Shown: positions 22,961-34,473 of the stretch, piece after piece
Position numbering within the stretch: position 1 is the stretch's first letter
How the letters are laid out: each line of letters begins with the position of its first letter
Origin: Cyanophora paradoxa CCMP329
Taxonomy: Eukaryota; Plantae; Glaucophyta
Length of the DNA: 38,940 nucleotides
NCBI GenBank assembly: GCA_004431415.1
Contig: QPMI01000394.1
Location: 1 to 38,940, forward strand
Direction: 5' to 3'
Position numbers and translations under genes: made by a program
The notes under the pieces: model-generated
Seen by the model: only the letters and a program-made list of their open reading frames with translations
Databases searched by the model: none
Told to the model about the DNA's origin: nothing

Positions 22961-23736
22961 CTAATTGCCAGCGCTGTAGTGCAACACGAGCGCCTCAAAT
23001 TCTCTCCTACGGCGCTCTATGTAGTCTCCATCTAAATCTAGATCTAGAGGGTTGCCTCGCATTTCGCGCTCTGCGAAGTCCAGCAACCAGATCCCGCACT
23101 AGCGAGCGTGGTCAGCCGTTGCCACTGGCCACGGGCGGGAGTGAAAACAGCACTAACCTGATGGCCGTCATGCTGCACTGCTCGCTGTACCGATTGGATG
23201 ACGTCAATTTCATGTTTCAAGAGAATTCTTGCGAGCTTGCGCGGAGCCTTCGCGCCAATGCTGTCGTAGTATCTGCAGACCTTGCCGTCGATAACCAAGA
23301 GTGTCCAGTGTCGTCGGTTGTTGACGGGGACGAGAGCGCGTGTGCTGGTGCCATTCAAGTGCTCGAGTAACGCTTCTATGTAGGATTCAGCGTCGTGGAG
23401 GGCGAGCGGATGTGCGATGAACCAATTCTGTGTGACTGCCTCCTTGGCCGCCGCCGCGCGGATGCAAACGAGCGCGCTCTCGATTGCGCTCGATGACAGC
23501 CACAAATCCCGGCTGCAGCTGAAGCTGAGCTGATGCCGAACTAGATCTGCGCTAACGATCTTCGGCCGCGCCTTGACTGTGCCCAGCTCCTCCAACTCAG
23601 AAGAGGGCTCTGGGTCACCACACTGCAGCTGTCTTTGCCGCCGTATGCGCTTCTTTAAAACTACAGGAGAGGGCTTCGGATCTGAATCATCACATTGCAT
23701 ATCCCGCCGGCGCTTCGCTGCCTTCGCGGAGGCCAT
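22961..23736 (-). CDS. Ulp1/SENP-family (peptidase C48) cysteine protease
   Basis: WLSSSAI..VPVNNRRHWTLLVI..YYDSIG..QHDGHQ|CGIWLL (intron 23099-23157) gives the His, Asp, Gln and Cys catalytic set; basic NLS-like N-terminus (KRRR, KKRIRR). Confidence 0.88.
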
Positions 23737-23950
23737 CTGCGAGGATCCGGAGAACGGACGACCTAGGCCTGCAGGGGAACAAGCCCGCATGAGTTCCAGC
23801 GGCGAACTGTAAAGGCAGAGCACGAAGCGGGCGTGCACATTCACGAATGCCGAAGTCGACGGCTATATCTATCAACGTTCAACGTTCAGCGCCGTTGATC
23901 ATGACAGGCCACGCGGCGCCCGAGTCCACGTCAGCGAGGCTGCCGGCGAT

Positions 23951-24060
23951 GGCTAAGCCTCCGGCTAGCTGTTTTACGCGCTCTAGCTCGATCTCCGACC
24001 ACCGGTCACCGCCTGAAAGCTTCGAGACTTGCTGGCGGCATTGAGCGCACGTGTACCCCC
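23951..24060. promoter_or_regulatory. Diverged copy of the left part of the intergenic cassette, between the Ulp1 gene and H3-mimic copy 5
   Basis: gctaagcctccggctagct..gctctagctcgatctccgaccaccgg..gtaccccc resembles 12419-12520. Confidence 0.45.
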
Positions 24061-24228
24061 ACTAGTCCCATCCCGGGCCGTCCGGGCCGTCCCGGACGAG
24101 ACCAAGATCCAGCAATCTAGCGTCTGCACAAGGCAGCGCGGCGCGAGCTCGAGGAGCGCGACTCCCCAGTTTCCAGTTTTCCGACAGGATCTAGCGACTC
24201 TCGGAAGTTTCGAGGCGCGCTCGCTCTA

Positions 24229-24864
24229 ATGGCGAAGACAAAACAAAAGGCGCGAAAGTACAACGGATCGATTCCTCAGAAGAAAATGCCTACCAAAGCT
24301 TCAAGAAAGCGGAAGTCAGAGCCGGAGCCCGACCCGTCAAAGAAGCAGGTGCCCGAGAACGAGGGCAGCTCTAAAACTGTCGAGGTGCGCGTTCTCGGCG
24401 ACTGCCGGCCTGCCCCGCTACGCGTCACTTCAATGACAGGTGCATGCCCGGTTGCATCGTTGCTTCTGCTAGTGTGCCGTGATCTCAACAGCGCATGCGC
24501 AGGGCCTGTGCGAGTCACGATCCGTGCTTCGGACTCGAATGCGTGGAAGAGCGAGCTACTGGACCTGGCGTTCTTGGAGCTGCACTGCAGTACGCATGTG
24601 GATGACCGCGGCACTCTGGCGGTGCATTGGTACGACCCAGCAAGCCGAACCTTCCAGTCGTTGGTGCAAGCGATCTTTGCGTCGTATACGTACGGTGATT
24701 TCTGCTGCGGATCTCGCGAATTCACGGGTGCGCGTGCACAGGCGTCAAGGGCGCAGGGGCCATCCCCGGATGATCTGTTTTACATTACGAGGAATACAGT
24801 TGATCCGGCCGTCGAGCATGTACCTTTCCTGGCGGATCCGGACGCAGTGATAGAGCTTGACTAG
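24229..24864 (+). CDS. H3-tail-mimic family protein, copy 5
   Basis: MAKTKQKARKYNGSIPQKKMPTKASRK (H3-like K4, K9 and K27 positions) followed by the same conserved domain; the two inferred introns happen to be open in frame. Confidence 0.82.
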   Translation: MAKTKQKARKYNGSIPQKKMPTKASRKRKSEPEPDPSKKQVPENEGSSKTVEVRVLGDCRPAPLRVTSMTGACPVASLLLLVCRDLNSACAGPVRVTIRASDSNAWKSELLDLAFLELHCSTHVDDRGTLAVHWYDPASRTFQSLVQAIFASYTYGDFCCGSREFTGARAQASRAQGPSPDDLFYITRNTVDPAVEHVPFLADPDAVIELD

Positions 24865-24969
24865 CCCATGGCCGTGGCTGGAATTGCGTTTGCATGTTCG
24901 TGCTCTCATGTATGAATTGTTCACTTCGAGTGACTGTCTAGCTGAAATGATTGACAATTGCATGATCGA

Positions 24970-27213
24970 TTACACGATAATAATGCATTTCGAGAGGGAC
25001 TGCATCTCTAAGATACGATTTTTTATCGTCTTGATCTCATTGTCGACATTATCGCTCTGTGCTTTGATCAGAGCGTTCTTCTGGCGCACATGATCGAGAA
25101 GTGACGCAAGCGCTGTTTCAAGAACGTCGAAGGACGTCGCTTGCAATTGCTGGTTGAGTGTTCCTAGGGCACGCGTTGCGTCGTAGTTGACATCGGTTTG
25201 AGCACCAGAAATCATGAGTGCCATCTGCGCAGCAGGAAGCTCATTTATGGCACCACAAATCTGGAAACTGCAAAAAAGAACGTCTGCGAAAGAGAGGTGC
25301 AGACGAACCTTCTTATTAAGCTCATGTAGCTGTGCGAGGAGGTTAACAATACACCTTATTCTCTCTCCAAGTGCCCGGTCGAAGACAACTTCGTTGCGCA
25401 AGTAGATATCTACAAGATGCAGCTTTTCTAAGGATGGCGCCTTCTCGAACGCCCCGACCACACACTGAGCAACATATTCTGGGATTGCGCGCATTGCATC
25501 TGTTCGCTGTTCATAGCCAGTCACTCCAACCAGGCGGAGGGTTTCCAGAGATGAGCACTGCGAAGCGATCTTCGTGATGGAGGTGACCAGCCAGTTGCGC
25601 TCGACACGTAAGACTTGTGCTCCATGAGCGTCAGAGGGTGCAAGCGGAAGGATCAGCTCGCGAAGGCTGCTGAATCGTAATGTCTTTGCGAGTTCCGCGA
25701 GACGATTCGGTGATAATTTACGGAGCTGTGCCACGGTTGCATGTGGAACTGTGCATGCCACCAGGTCCAGCGTGATAAGAGATTGACACTTCCGCGCTGC
25801 TGATAAGATTTGCTCGTAATCACGCCCGTCCTCCAGCGTGAAGCGCAACGTTTGCGTGAAATTGCTTAGATACCGTTCCATCTTATTTATATTCGTGCTG
25901 TCGCTCTTAATGATGCAATTGATGAACGAAATATGTTTGAGACAGCACGAGTCGGGAGAGCAGAAGAACTGGACGACTGGATGCGAAGCTGGGCGGATGC
26001 GAGTTGCTGTGAATTCGACATGGAGCTCCTCCGTGCATTCCCCCGCCGTATGATGCAATACCAGAGATGCCGGCCGCGGTGGGGCCATTGACGAGTCATT
26101 TTGGATGTCCCGAGGCTCGTCAGATATCTGCAATCCAAATCAGGCTGCTCGAATATAAATAGTGGCAGGTCGTGCACATTGAAAATCATGGACGCGGGCG
26201 CTGGACGAAAGAGTCCTGGGGTTTTCAGCTCTAGGCCTTCGCTTGTTAGACATCCTTTGATGATGACTTTCTTGGCACTGAAAGCCCAGTAGGAGAAGGA
26301 ACCCGCAGCTTCTTGAAACATGATGGTTTCTTGGTCGACACATAGCTCTTCGACCGTCCCAAATGACGTGTCATCAGGCCCGCAGTCACGAAAGCTGCAA
26401 ATTATGAAAAAACTGTTTGTCAGCTTCTGGTTCTGAATGGATTACGTAAACGAATACGTAGCGAATTTGGACTTACTGAACGGGCCCCCCGAATACCTGC
26501 GTTGGTAACAGAGTTCGATACGGCTCGATGCTGGCTATTTCCTCCGTTTCACGGTGTGCGCGAAGGCTTGCGCTTGCCTTGTCGTCCAGAATAAGACGGC
26601 GAGGCGCCGTCTTCAAGATAAGGTGGACCCAGTCAAAATGAATGGCCTCAAGGTCGTCGGAACCACACCCTGTGCAGATTCCTAGGCACCGCTTGGGCTT
26701 CTCAAAGAAACGCTGTATGCTGTCCAGGAGGATTGCAAGTTTCTTAAACGTCTTTGGCTGCTTCCATAATTCCGAGGCAAAGCTGGAGGAAGCGAATTTG
26801 ATGCTACCGCCATGCTCTAGGATCCACTTCGCGCGAATCCACACCCTTTCAAGCAGGAGAGCCGGAATTGTGTCAAGAAAGATGGTCGCGGTGCGGACGC
26901 GCTTCAAGCCATTGCCCTGTTCCACGAGAATCCTGTAGAAGCGCCGGCTGCTACTCCACAGAGCTCGCACGGACTCGAGGCGTTCATTAGGAACCATGCT
27001 GGCAATTATGGCGATGGCATCGTCTGGAAGATCATTTATCGTTATGGTTGCCTTTCTTGTCGATTCGAGCCTGTGCGGCGAATGTTAGAGAGGGGTTCTT
27101 TCGCTTGCTTTGCCTCCGAATGAATATGCGTACCGCTCATCTACTTCTGGTACCGGTGGCGACGTCTTTAGTAGATCCATGTGTAGGTTCGAATCCCCGC
27201 CCGCAGGCTCCAT
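24970..27213 (-). CDS. F-box-like / LRR (RNI-like) protein
   Basis: Spliced N-terminus ..TINDLPDDAIAIIASMVP..WSSSRRFYRIL (F-box pattern); repeats SLITLDL, SLRELIL, SLETLRL, SLEKLHL. Confidence 0.7.
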
Positions 27214-27586
27214 ACTGCAAGCCGATTCCCTGCATTATGTGAGCCGATTTGGTCCGCGAATGCGCGTCAACGTGCATGCGCACTGCAGCTGCGCATTTGT
27301 CGGCCCAGCACGTTTTGGTGTCTTCCCAGAGTCAGCGGCCAGATCCAGACTCTCGTCCCTGCGCGCGCAGAGGACAACAATCAAGGCACGATAAACGCAC
27401 CCACGCCAATATTAATACGACGCACGAGCGTTTCCTTCGTCTACGCTGCATCGCAAGTTTGAAATTTCTCAGAGGGGTACGGTAAGGATACGGTTAGGGG
27501 GTTCTAAATGGGGAAGGGGTACGAGCTACGGGATTTGCGCGGGAAGCCGTCGTTTTACTCGGAAACGCGTATTACAAGCTTTAAGT

Positions 27587-28527
27587 ATGTCGCAGCTTGA
27601 AGACCCCATGGCCGGCCTGGTATCGCAGTCGAATCAAAGCTCTGAAGATAAGGTGCGTCGCACTCAGCGGCCAGCGGATAAGCTGCTGGCTTAAGCTAAC
27701 CGGCCACGCATGCGCATGCGCAGTGCACGACGGTGAAGCGGGCGCGGGAGGAGATCAATGGCGAGCGTGCGAGCAAAAGGCAAACTTCGGGCACAGGGAA
27801 CTCCAGCGAAAAAAGGCCCTTAAGCTTGCTAAACAGTGAGCACCTGGTGCGAACACTACTCCACTCTAGATCTACGACTCGGCGAAAAGTATTCTTCATA
27901 ACACGGTTTGAACGCTCGCACTTTTAGAAACAGTTTGAACACGCGCTTGATTTCACGTACGGGCTTCCCTTCACATTTCACAAGTTGATGGTGCGAATCA
28001 AATAGTAGTGATGAGTTTTCCTTGACCGTCGGACGTCTGTGCGAACGAGTGCATGTACAGCACGACAACCAGCGGAACATTATGCGGCAGCTTCGAAGTG
28101 ATGTGATGGCGCTATCAGCTAATGTGAGCCGTGGCCCGCACTCACTGATGGTCAACTCTCTGAAATGCTCGAATTCCAGGTCAGTTCTGTAATCGAAAAG
28201 GAGATCGCTGATATAAACCAACCGGTCGCCTCCGAAGAGTGTGTGCTCATGTTAAACTCTCAGCAACTGGAAAAGCTATTTCAAAGCCTCAAGAATGCTG
28301 TTATTTGTGAGATCGAATGCTGTCAAAAGCGAATGGTAAAGACAGATTTGGTGATTATATAGTCATGCCGACGTCTGTCAGTTCACGTGCGTGCACGACA
28401 GATCAAAAGGGAATTCGACGAATTCAACCATCTTGAGAGGGAAATCGAAACCGTGAATGTGTCAATCTTAAGTCTGCAACGTCAGGCACTATCGTCGCTT
28501 AAGACCGAGGGCGGAAGTCAGGAATGA
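27587..28527 (+). CDS. Hypothetical multi-exon coiled-coil protein
   Basis: MSQLEDPMAG..|..VKRAREEINGERASKRQ..; last exon IKREFDEFNHLEREIETVNVSILSLQRQ..QE*; GT-AG introns. Confidence 0.45.
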
Positions 28528-30933
28528 AGTAAGAAGAGATCCCATGTGCGAACATGCGACTTTGTCTTTGTATTATTTGTTGCGAGCAAGCAAAAGCTAG
28601 CTGAGTATGTAACTTGGCATATTGTAGCGCTAGCCAAGCGAGCTCGATAATCTTACATACTGCACACTGCACCAATTCCCTCGCTGCATTTTATTGATCG
28701 TGGAGAAAAGCAGTTGAATTAGAGGATAAAAAATCGCGTAGACCCTTGTTGGTATCTATGAATTGCCCCTGGGCCAGGAATGACGTGCCGCCTCGTATTT
28801 CGACTCTCCAAAAGCAATAAAGCCGAGAAAGCGTATTTTGATGTTCGCAGAGCATGTTGACGGCTTGCGTAAGCTCCTCCAGACCAACTCTGGTACGCAC
28901 AGCGATGTTAAGTTCAACATGAGCCAGTCTTGGACCCGACTCCAACAGCGCCTTCTTTCATTGATCAGAAACACGGAATCGCATTTGAATGAGTGAAACA
29001 GCGAACCCGCAAGATTTCTGCCGGATGTGGAAAGAAGCCTTCGATGCTGAGCAGGCGAACTTTCGTTCGCATTGACCGAAGGAGGGCCATAAAACTGTCT
29101 TGGTGAAGTGTTCGGCTTTCTACATTCTGATGGTAGCGAGTGCCTAGATCTCGTACAAGCAGATCACATTGTTCGAGCGCCGGGAGTTGCTCCAAGTTCG
29201 CTCGGATTTCTTCGAAAGATACACCGATTGCTCTGTGCACGTCTTCTGCTGGATAACTCCGCGTCTGCTGAATTGTGGGTGGAACGATGGCCCGGCACGA
29301 ATGCACAGATACGCACTTCGATATGAATTCTAACATTTTTAAGCATCGGGAGCGGTCGCAAAATTTTGAAGTGGGTCTCGCAGCCGATCTGACGTTGCCG
29401 AAGTAAGCAACTCGAACACCGAACAACAATGCCGAATCGCACCTGAATCTCGAGACTTTCGAGGTTAGCCATTGTGCTGATACGCTCGACCGTCGACCCA
29501 GTGCTTTTATACGCAACTATCAACGCTCGCACACTTTCCGGATTGAGCGTCGAGAGCGCTGTGTCCTCCCGAACTGTGCATGATAAGCGTTGCGGGGAGA
29601 GTTTGACTATCGCGTCCTGCAGTAGATATCGATGTCAGTAAACACTATCTGCGCTGATGGGATATTACGTGCATCTGATGCATACGTACCGCCTGATCAG
29701 CTGACAGGAAAGGCGGTGTTAACTCAATGGTCCTCTGGCCCGCATGCTCGCATCGTACCATGGACAACTCGCGGAGCCCTTTCAAATTGACCTCAGCGGC
29801 TGCACGGAGAAAGATGGCGGCAAAGCGTTCGTATGCGGTCACTGATAACCGGCCTTCTGGATAGTTCCGCAGCGCCTTCGTGAATGCGCGTGCGACATCT
29901 AGAGTGCTGACAAATTGTTCGCTGACTTCGTCATACAACACGTGTTCACATTTCTCCCAGTAGTCCCAGCCCTCGAAAATGACATGCACAGAATTCCGCA
30001 GAAGCTTCGCCTTTGCCACGTCCTCGATCACATCTGAGCTCGAGGCCAGTTAGAACACCGGTTTTTTGAAGTGGAATTGATGCAATTGTCGCGATGTCTG
30101 TGCAAATTTCGCGCACCAAATATTGACCTCAGAATACTGAAGCATAGCTTGAATGCAAATTTCCTCTCTGTTCGGTGCGAGTAGAGCATGTCGGGGAACT
30201 GCTCGAACCGGTCATGCCAAAATGAGCTGACGATGACGTTCTCGCAGCCCGCGAGTTTCTTTTCTCTGAACAGAGCTCTGACTGCGCTGAGGAGCTCGTT
30301 GGCTGCGGGCCCCATTTCCACAAGATCGGAACCGTTCAGCCGGAGCACAGGCCAGTTCTTATCTTTGAGAAGCTGCGTGAAGCGTTTGTTGATGCTGAAG
30401 AACTGGTGTTTGCACGCTTCGGAGAGATCATCGTAGACGAGCTCTAAGATGCGAACGAGGAGGCTATCCGGCATCTGGTCGAAGGGGCGGGTTGCTGCTC
30501 TGCATGCGCATGCTCCTGCTCATGATCACGGTTTGCGCTGATGCATCGCTCAGCATCAGCGCCAGCTTGCCCGAAAGGGGGTGGTTCGCAAGCGCTGGCA
30601 CCTCTCTGTCGCTGGCTCCGCGCCCGCAGCTTGGAGCAAGTTTGAAGCGGCTGCCGTGTCTTGTGCAACCGGCTGCTCTGCCCACTGCAGCAGCCGCTGA
30701 TCATGAAGCTGAAGGACCTCCGCTTCTGCAGCGGACGCCAGCTGCAAGTCTGCTCCTGGGGTGTCTGCAGCTGCGCAACCAAGCTCGCAACCAAGCAACA
30801 CAAAGATGTGAGAGTACGCACCTTGTAACGCTGCAGCCCTATTAGTCGCATGTTCAGGATCGCTCTCCTCCTCGTTCACACGCGCGCGTTTCGAGTCGTG
30901 CGCGTCTCGCGCGGCGTTCGCCGCGCAATCCAT
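28499..30933 (-). CDS. F-box-like / LRR protein
   Basis: MDCAANAARDAHDSKRAR..; FDQMPDSLLVRILELV..FFSINKRFTQLL (F-box); LRR-like NLKGLRELSM, NLESLEI, LPALEQCDL. The 3' end is approximate. Confidence 0.65.
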
Positions 30934-30949
30934 CGCCGGTTGCAATGCT

Positions 30950-30973
30950 GCGCTACCGCGCTACCGCGCTACC
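30950..30973. repeat. (gcgctacc)3 in the ~120-bp spacer between divergent F-box genes
   Basis: Three exact 8-bp units plus a degenerate fourth. Confidence 0.8.
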
Positions 30974-31056
30974 GCACGAGCTACCGCTGAGCGGCTAGTT
31001 GCAACGGAAGGAGGGTACACGGCTCTCAGCCACGCCCAGCTCGCAGCACGCGAGCG

Positions 31057-32967
31057 ATGGCGGAACGCTCAGCGAAGCGAGCACGTGCAGAAGCGCCAGT
31101 GGAATCTGGCGCGGTGCTTCGTTCCATCTCCGACCTGCCCGACGGCGTCCTTGGCAGTGTTTTCAAGTCAGTCTCGCTGGTGCAAGCCTGGCCGCTTCGA
31201 GAAGTGTGTAGGTGCGTCCCAGGCTCGCTCGCCGAGTCGACTTGGACCCTCCGGATCCAACCCGCGCTGCCACGCAGGCGTTGGAGGAGCGTGATCGAGG
31301 GCACAGCGTGGGACTGTATCGAGCTGCGGTCGAATGAGGATTTCGTGTTTCAGCATCTCGTGTCGCTGCTCCGGAGCGAGAAGATCAAGCTCGCTTGCGG
31401 CGCGCATACGCGGGTCACCGTTGGAATGCATGCGCAGAGCGAGAGCAATTTCGGCTTTGTCGCATTGGCCTCTGCCGTGCTGGCGGCCTGCAACAAGGAC
31501 GGCAAGGTGGCAGAGGCAGACGTGTGCTTCTTGGCAGAACACATCAACAGCCTCGACAGCGTCGTGCATGCTTTCATCCTGGCAACCCTCGCAGCTCTCC
31601 GGCCGCAGCGTGCGGCGCGCAGCGCTCTGGAGAAGCTTGCCATTCGCCTAGAGACGCTGGAGTACGAGTTCTTTCGGATACTCCCTAAGGGCGACCTTGT
31701 CAACCTACGTATTGACCAGAGGCAAAAGGCAACCGCTGAGGACTTGCAAGCGTCCTTGGAGTCGTTGAGCAGTATTCGGTCCCTCAAGCTGATGCCGAAC
31801 GCGTTTCCCCTGGACAGCACAGCAGCAGCAGCGATCGCCAGCAGCCTCCCCAACCTTCAGTCTATCCACTTCTCGGCAAACGACTGCAGCGTGCTTGCAG
31901 TCCTCGCGACCTTATCAGCTCTGCGTGACGTTGTCATCAACTGGTTCACCCCTGAAAGATTCCCCACGGACCCTTCAGAGATCGGCGACGCCTTCTCGAC
32001 TCTAGCTGCTGGCCCTGCTGGAAAGTCGCTGCGATCAATTGTCCTCGATCCTGATCCCGTGTGAGTGCTCTGGCAACTGCGTGCGGTTTGCCAAAAAGCC
32101 CAGGTCGGCCGATTCCTCGACGCAGTAAATTTTTCTTTCCGCTCAACAACACTGGTCTACACTCCATCGCGAAATTTCCTTTCCTCGAGGAAATATGTAT
32201 CGACGTGCGCGTCCATATGAGCTAAGTTATGCTCTCGTCACTAACTCCCTAACTGCGTGACGCAGCTGAGCAGTGACAAACTGGAGTCTGCCGACCTGGC
32301 GGCATTCCAGTCGACAAGCTTGCGAGATGTGAGTGTGAGACTTCACGTTGTGAAGCGTGCAATGGTCGAGCGCTTGGGAGCGCTCGAGTCCGCCATTGCG
32401 AGGTTCTCGAAGCTGTCTTCACTGACATTAAATCTGGCAATCCCCGAAGGCGGTGCAGACGGTGCACCGGCTCTAGATCTGTGCAGTCATTCCCGCACTG
32501 ATGATGATCTCTCGGATCTGCACAGACATGCACCCCGCGGATGATGAGGCTATTTCACGCTTCCTCCGCACGTGCAAGTCGTCTCTGCGCGGATTGTTCC
32601 TCTATCTCAGGCGGCCTCTCAGCGCGTCGGAGGCAGAGTCTATATCTCTCTGCACAGAGCTGAAGTCCCTGGATGTGTCCTGCAATATTCGCTCCGTCGC
32701 AGAGATCGGGCCGCTGCAGGTGCGGCGCCGGCGTATGCATTATGAAGCAAAGAAGTTTATTTATTTAGCAAAGCAAAGAAGTTCATTTATTTATACTTCC
32801 CTCTACAGGGACTGGACGTGTGCCTCGACAAAGTACCGTCCGCGAAATTTCACATTGCGATTTCGCGAGAGCCACGAGAGCCGGGCTACGAGAGCGTCGT
32901 CAAGCAGCTGCTGCAGGATTTTTTGCCGCGCGCCACGATATCGACTAGTATTCTTACGTATAGCTAG
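31057..32967 (+). CDS. F-box / LRR protein
   Basis: SISDLPDGVLGSVFKSVSLVQAWPLREVCR|RWRSVI is a classic F-box; LRR-like LSSIRSLKL, LPNLQSIHF, FSKLSSLTL, CTELKSLDVS. Confidence 0.82.
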
Positions 32968-34464
32968 TGTACAATGAGCAATCATGACTCCGGGGAAATT
33001 GAAGCCGGGCCCGGGGCTCATGAATGATATCGATAATGATCATCATGGCATCGGACCACGACTTGCGATCGGAGCAGGCAGGGCAGCCAGGCCCGGGGCT
33101 TATGATCATATCATGACTCATGACGAGCCCCAGACCCGGGCCTCATGATCAGCTCTTGCTCCCACACTAGGCAAGCCAGGCACGCCGCCCAAGGTCCCCG
33201 TCAGCTCCGCCCCAAGTTCCCCCGCTGGCTCAGCCCCAAGACCCCCCCGGCCGCCCTGTGCGCCCCGCGTAACCCCCCCCCCCCCCCCCCCCGAAGCCGG
33301 TCCGCGTACCCCCCCCATCCCCCCCCAGGCATGCGGCCCCCGCCCCCCCAGCGCCCGCCAAGGCCCCCCCGACCCTGCCTGGTGCCGACTCCCCCGCCAA
33401 GATCCCCCTTCCCATTCCCCCCCCCGCCCCCCAGCGCCCGCCAAGGCCCCCCCCCGACCCTGCCTGGTGCCGACTCCCCCCGCCAAGACCCCCCCTTCCC
33501 ATTCCACCATCCCCCGGGGGGCTAGTTAGAACTCGGAAGGCAGTTTGGGTAGGTCCCAGCCCTCCTAGCAACGAATGTCCTGGCCCGGGCTATATAATAG
33601 CCTATATTTACCAGCGTTCAGGTCGCATTTGTGGTCTCTGCCAATACAACAATGCCCCCGTATGGCTATTTGGAAAAAAGCTAGTGTACAATGAGCAATC
33701 ATAACTCCGGAGAAATTGAAGCCGGGCCCGGGGCTCATGAATGATATCGATAATGATCATCGGACCGTACCACGACTTGCGATCGTGACATCGGCTACAG
33801 TTGAAGGCAGGCCTAGGGCAGCCAGGCCCGGGGCTTATATGATCATATCATGACTCATCATGGCATGACGAGCCCCAGGCCCGGGCCTCATGATCAGCAC
33901 CGTACATGCGCGTGGCACGGCGGCAGTGGCAGAGGCGAGGACTCCAGGAGCTAGAGCCCTCAGGGCGCCCGGCCTCGGAGGCGCCGGCCCCCGGGGCGAG
34001 GTACCGGTGGGATCACAGCTGCAGGCCCTGAGGCAGGGCAGCCAGGTCCGGGGCTCATGATCATGTCATGTCTCGTAATGAGCACTGACTCAGTGAACAT
34101 GTGGCAGTGCGGCATTGGCAGACTTTGAGATCTTTAGGAAGCCTTGAAGGGAGCCCGCGGAGGCCCCTGGGGCCCAGGCGGGGAAAATGTGACTTCCGCT
34201 GCAGGGAGGGCAACCAAGCCCCGGGCCCGGGCCTCATGATCATGAGCATGATTCGTGATCAGCACCGTACATGCGCGTGGCACGGCGGCAGTGGCAGAGG
34301 CAAGTAGCCCCCGGGGCGCCGGCGGCGAGGTGCGATCACATGTACAGCCGCTGAGCTGCAGGAAGGGCAGCCATGCCCCGGGGCCCGGGGCTCATGATCA
34401 AGATCACGACCCGTGCCCGGCCATCGGAACGTTAACTCCAGTACATGATCATGATTGGTCCTAG
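32963..34464. repeat. Nested non-coding repeat or non-autonomous element array between convergent genes
   Basis: A ~190-220 bp direct repeat starting gctagtgtacaatgagcaatcat at 32963 and 33680; gatcagcaccgtacatgcgcgtggcacggcggcagtggcagaggc at ~33892 and ~34257; a C-rich ~80-bp tandem at 33351-33505; many ccgggc/tcatga motifs; CTAG boundaries. Confidence 0.75.
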
Positions 34465-34473
34465 TACACTGTT

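Noticed and set aside
15144-24864. Calling the five paralogues histone H3 genes or H3 pseudogenes
   Set aside because: No histone-fold sequence follows the tails; a different conserved domain with conserved introns does.
27856-28221. Minus-strand 121-aa ORF as the last exon of the F-box gene
   Set aside because: It is antisense to a better-supported spliced plus-strand gene, and the F-box gene appears to stop near 28499.
33118-33571. Gly- or Pro-rich ORFs
   Set aside because: They derive from C-rich tandem repeats within a non-coding repeat array.
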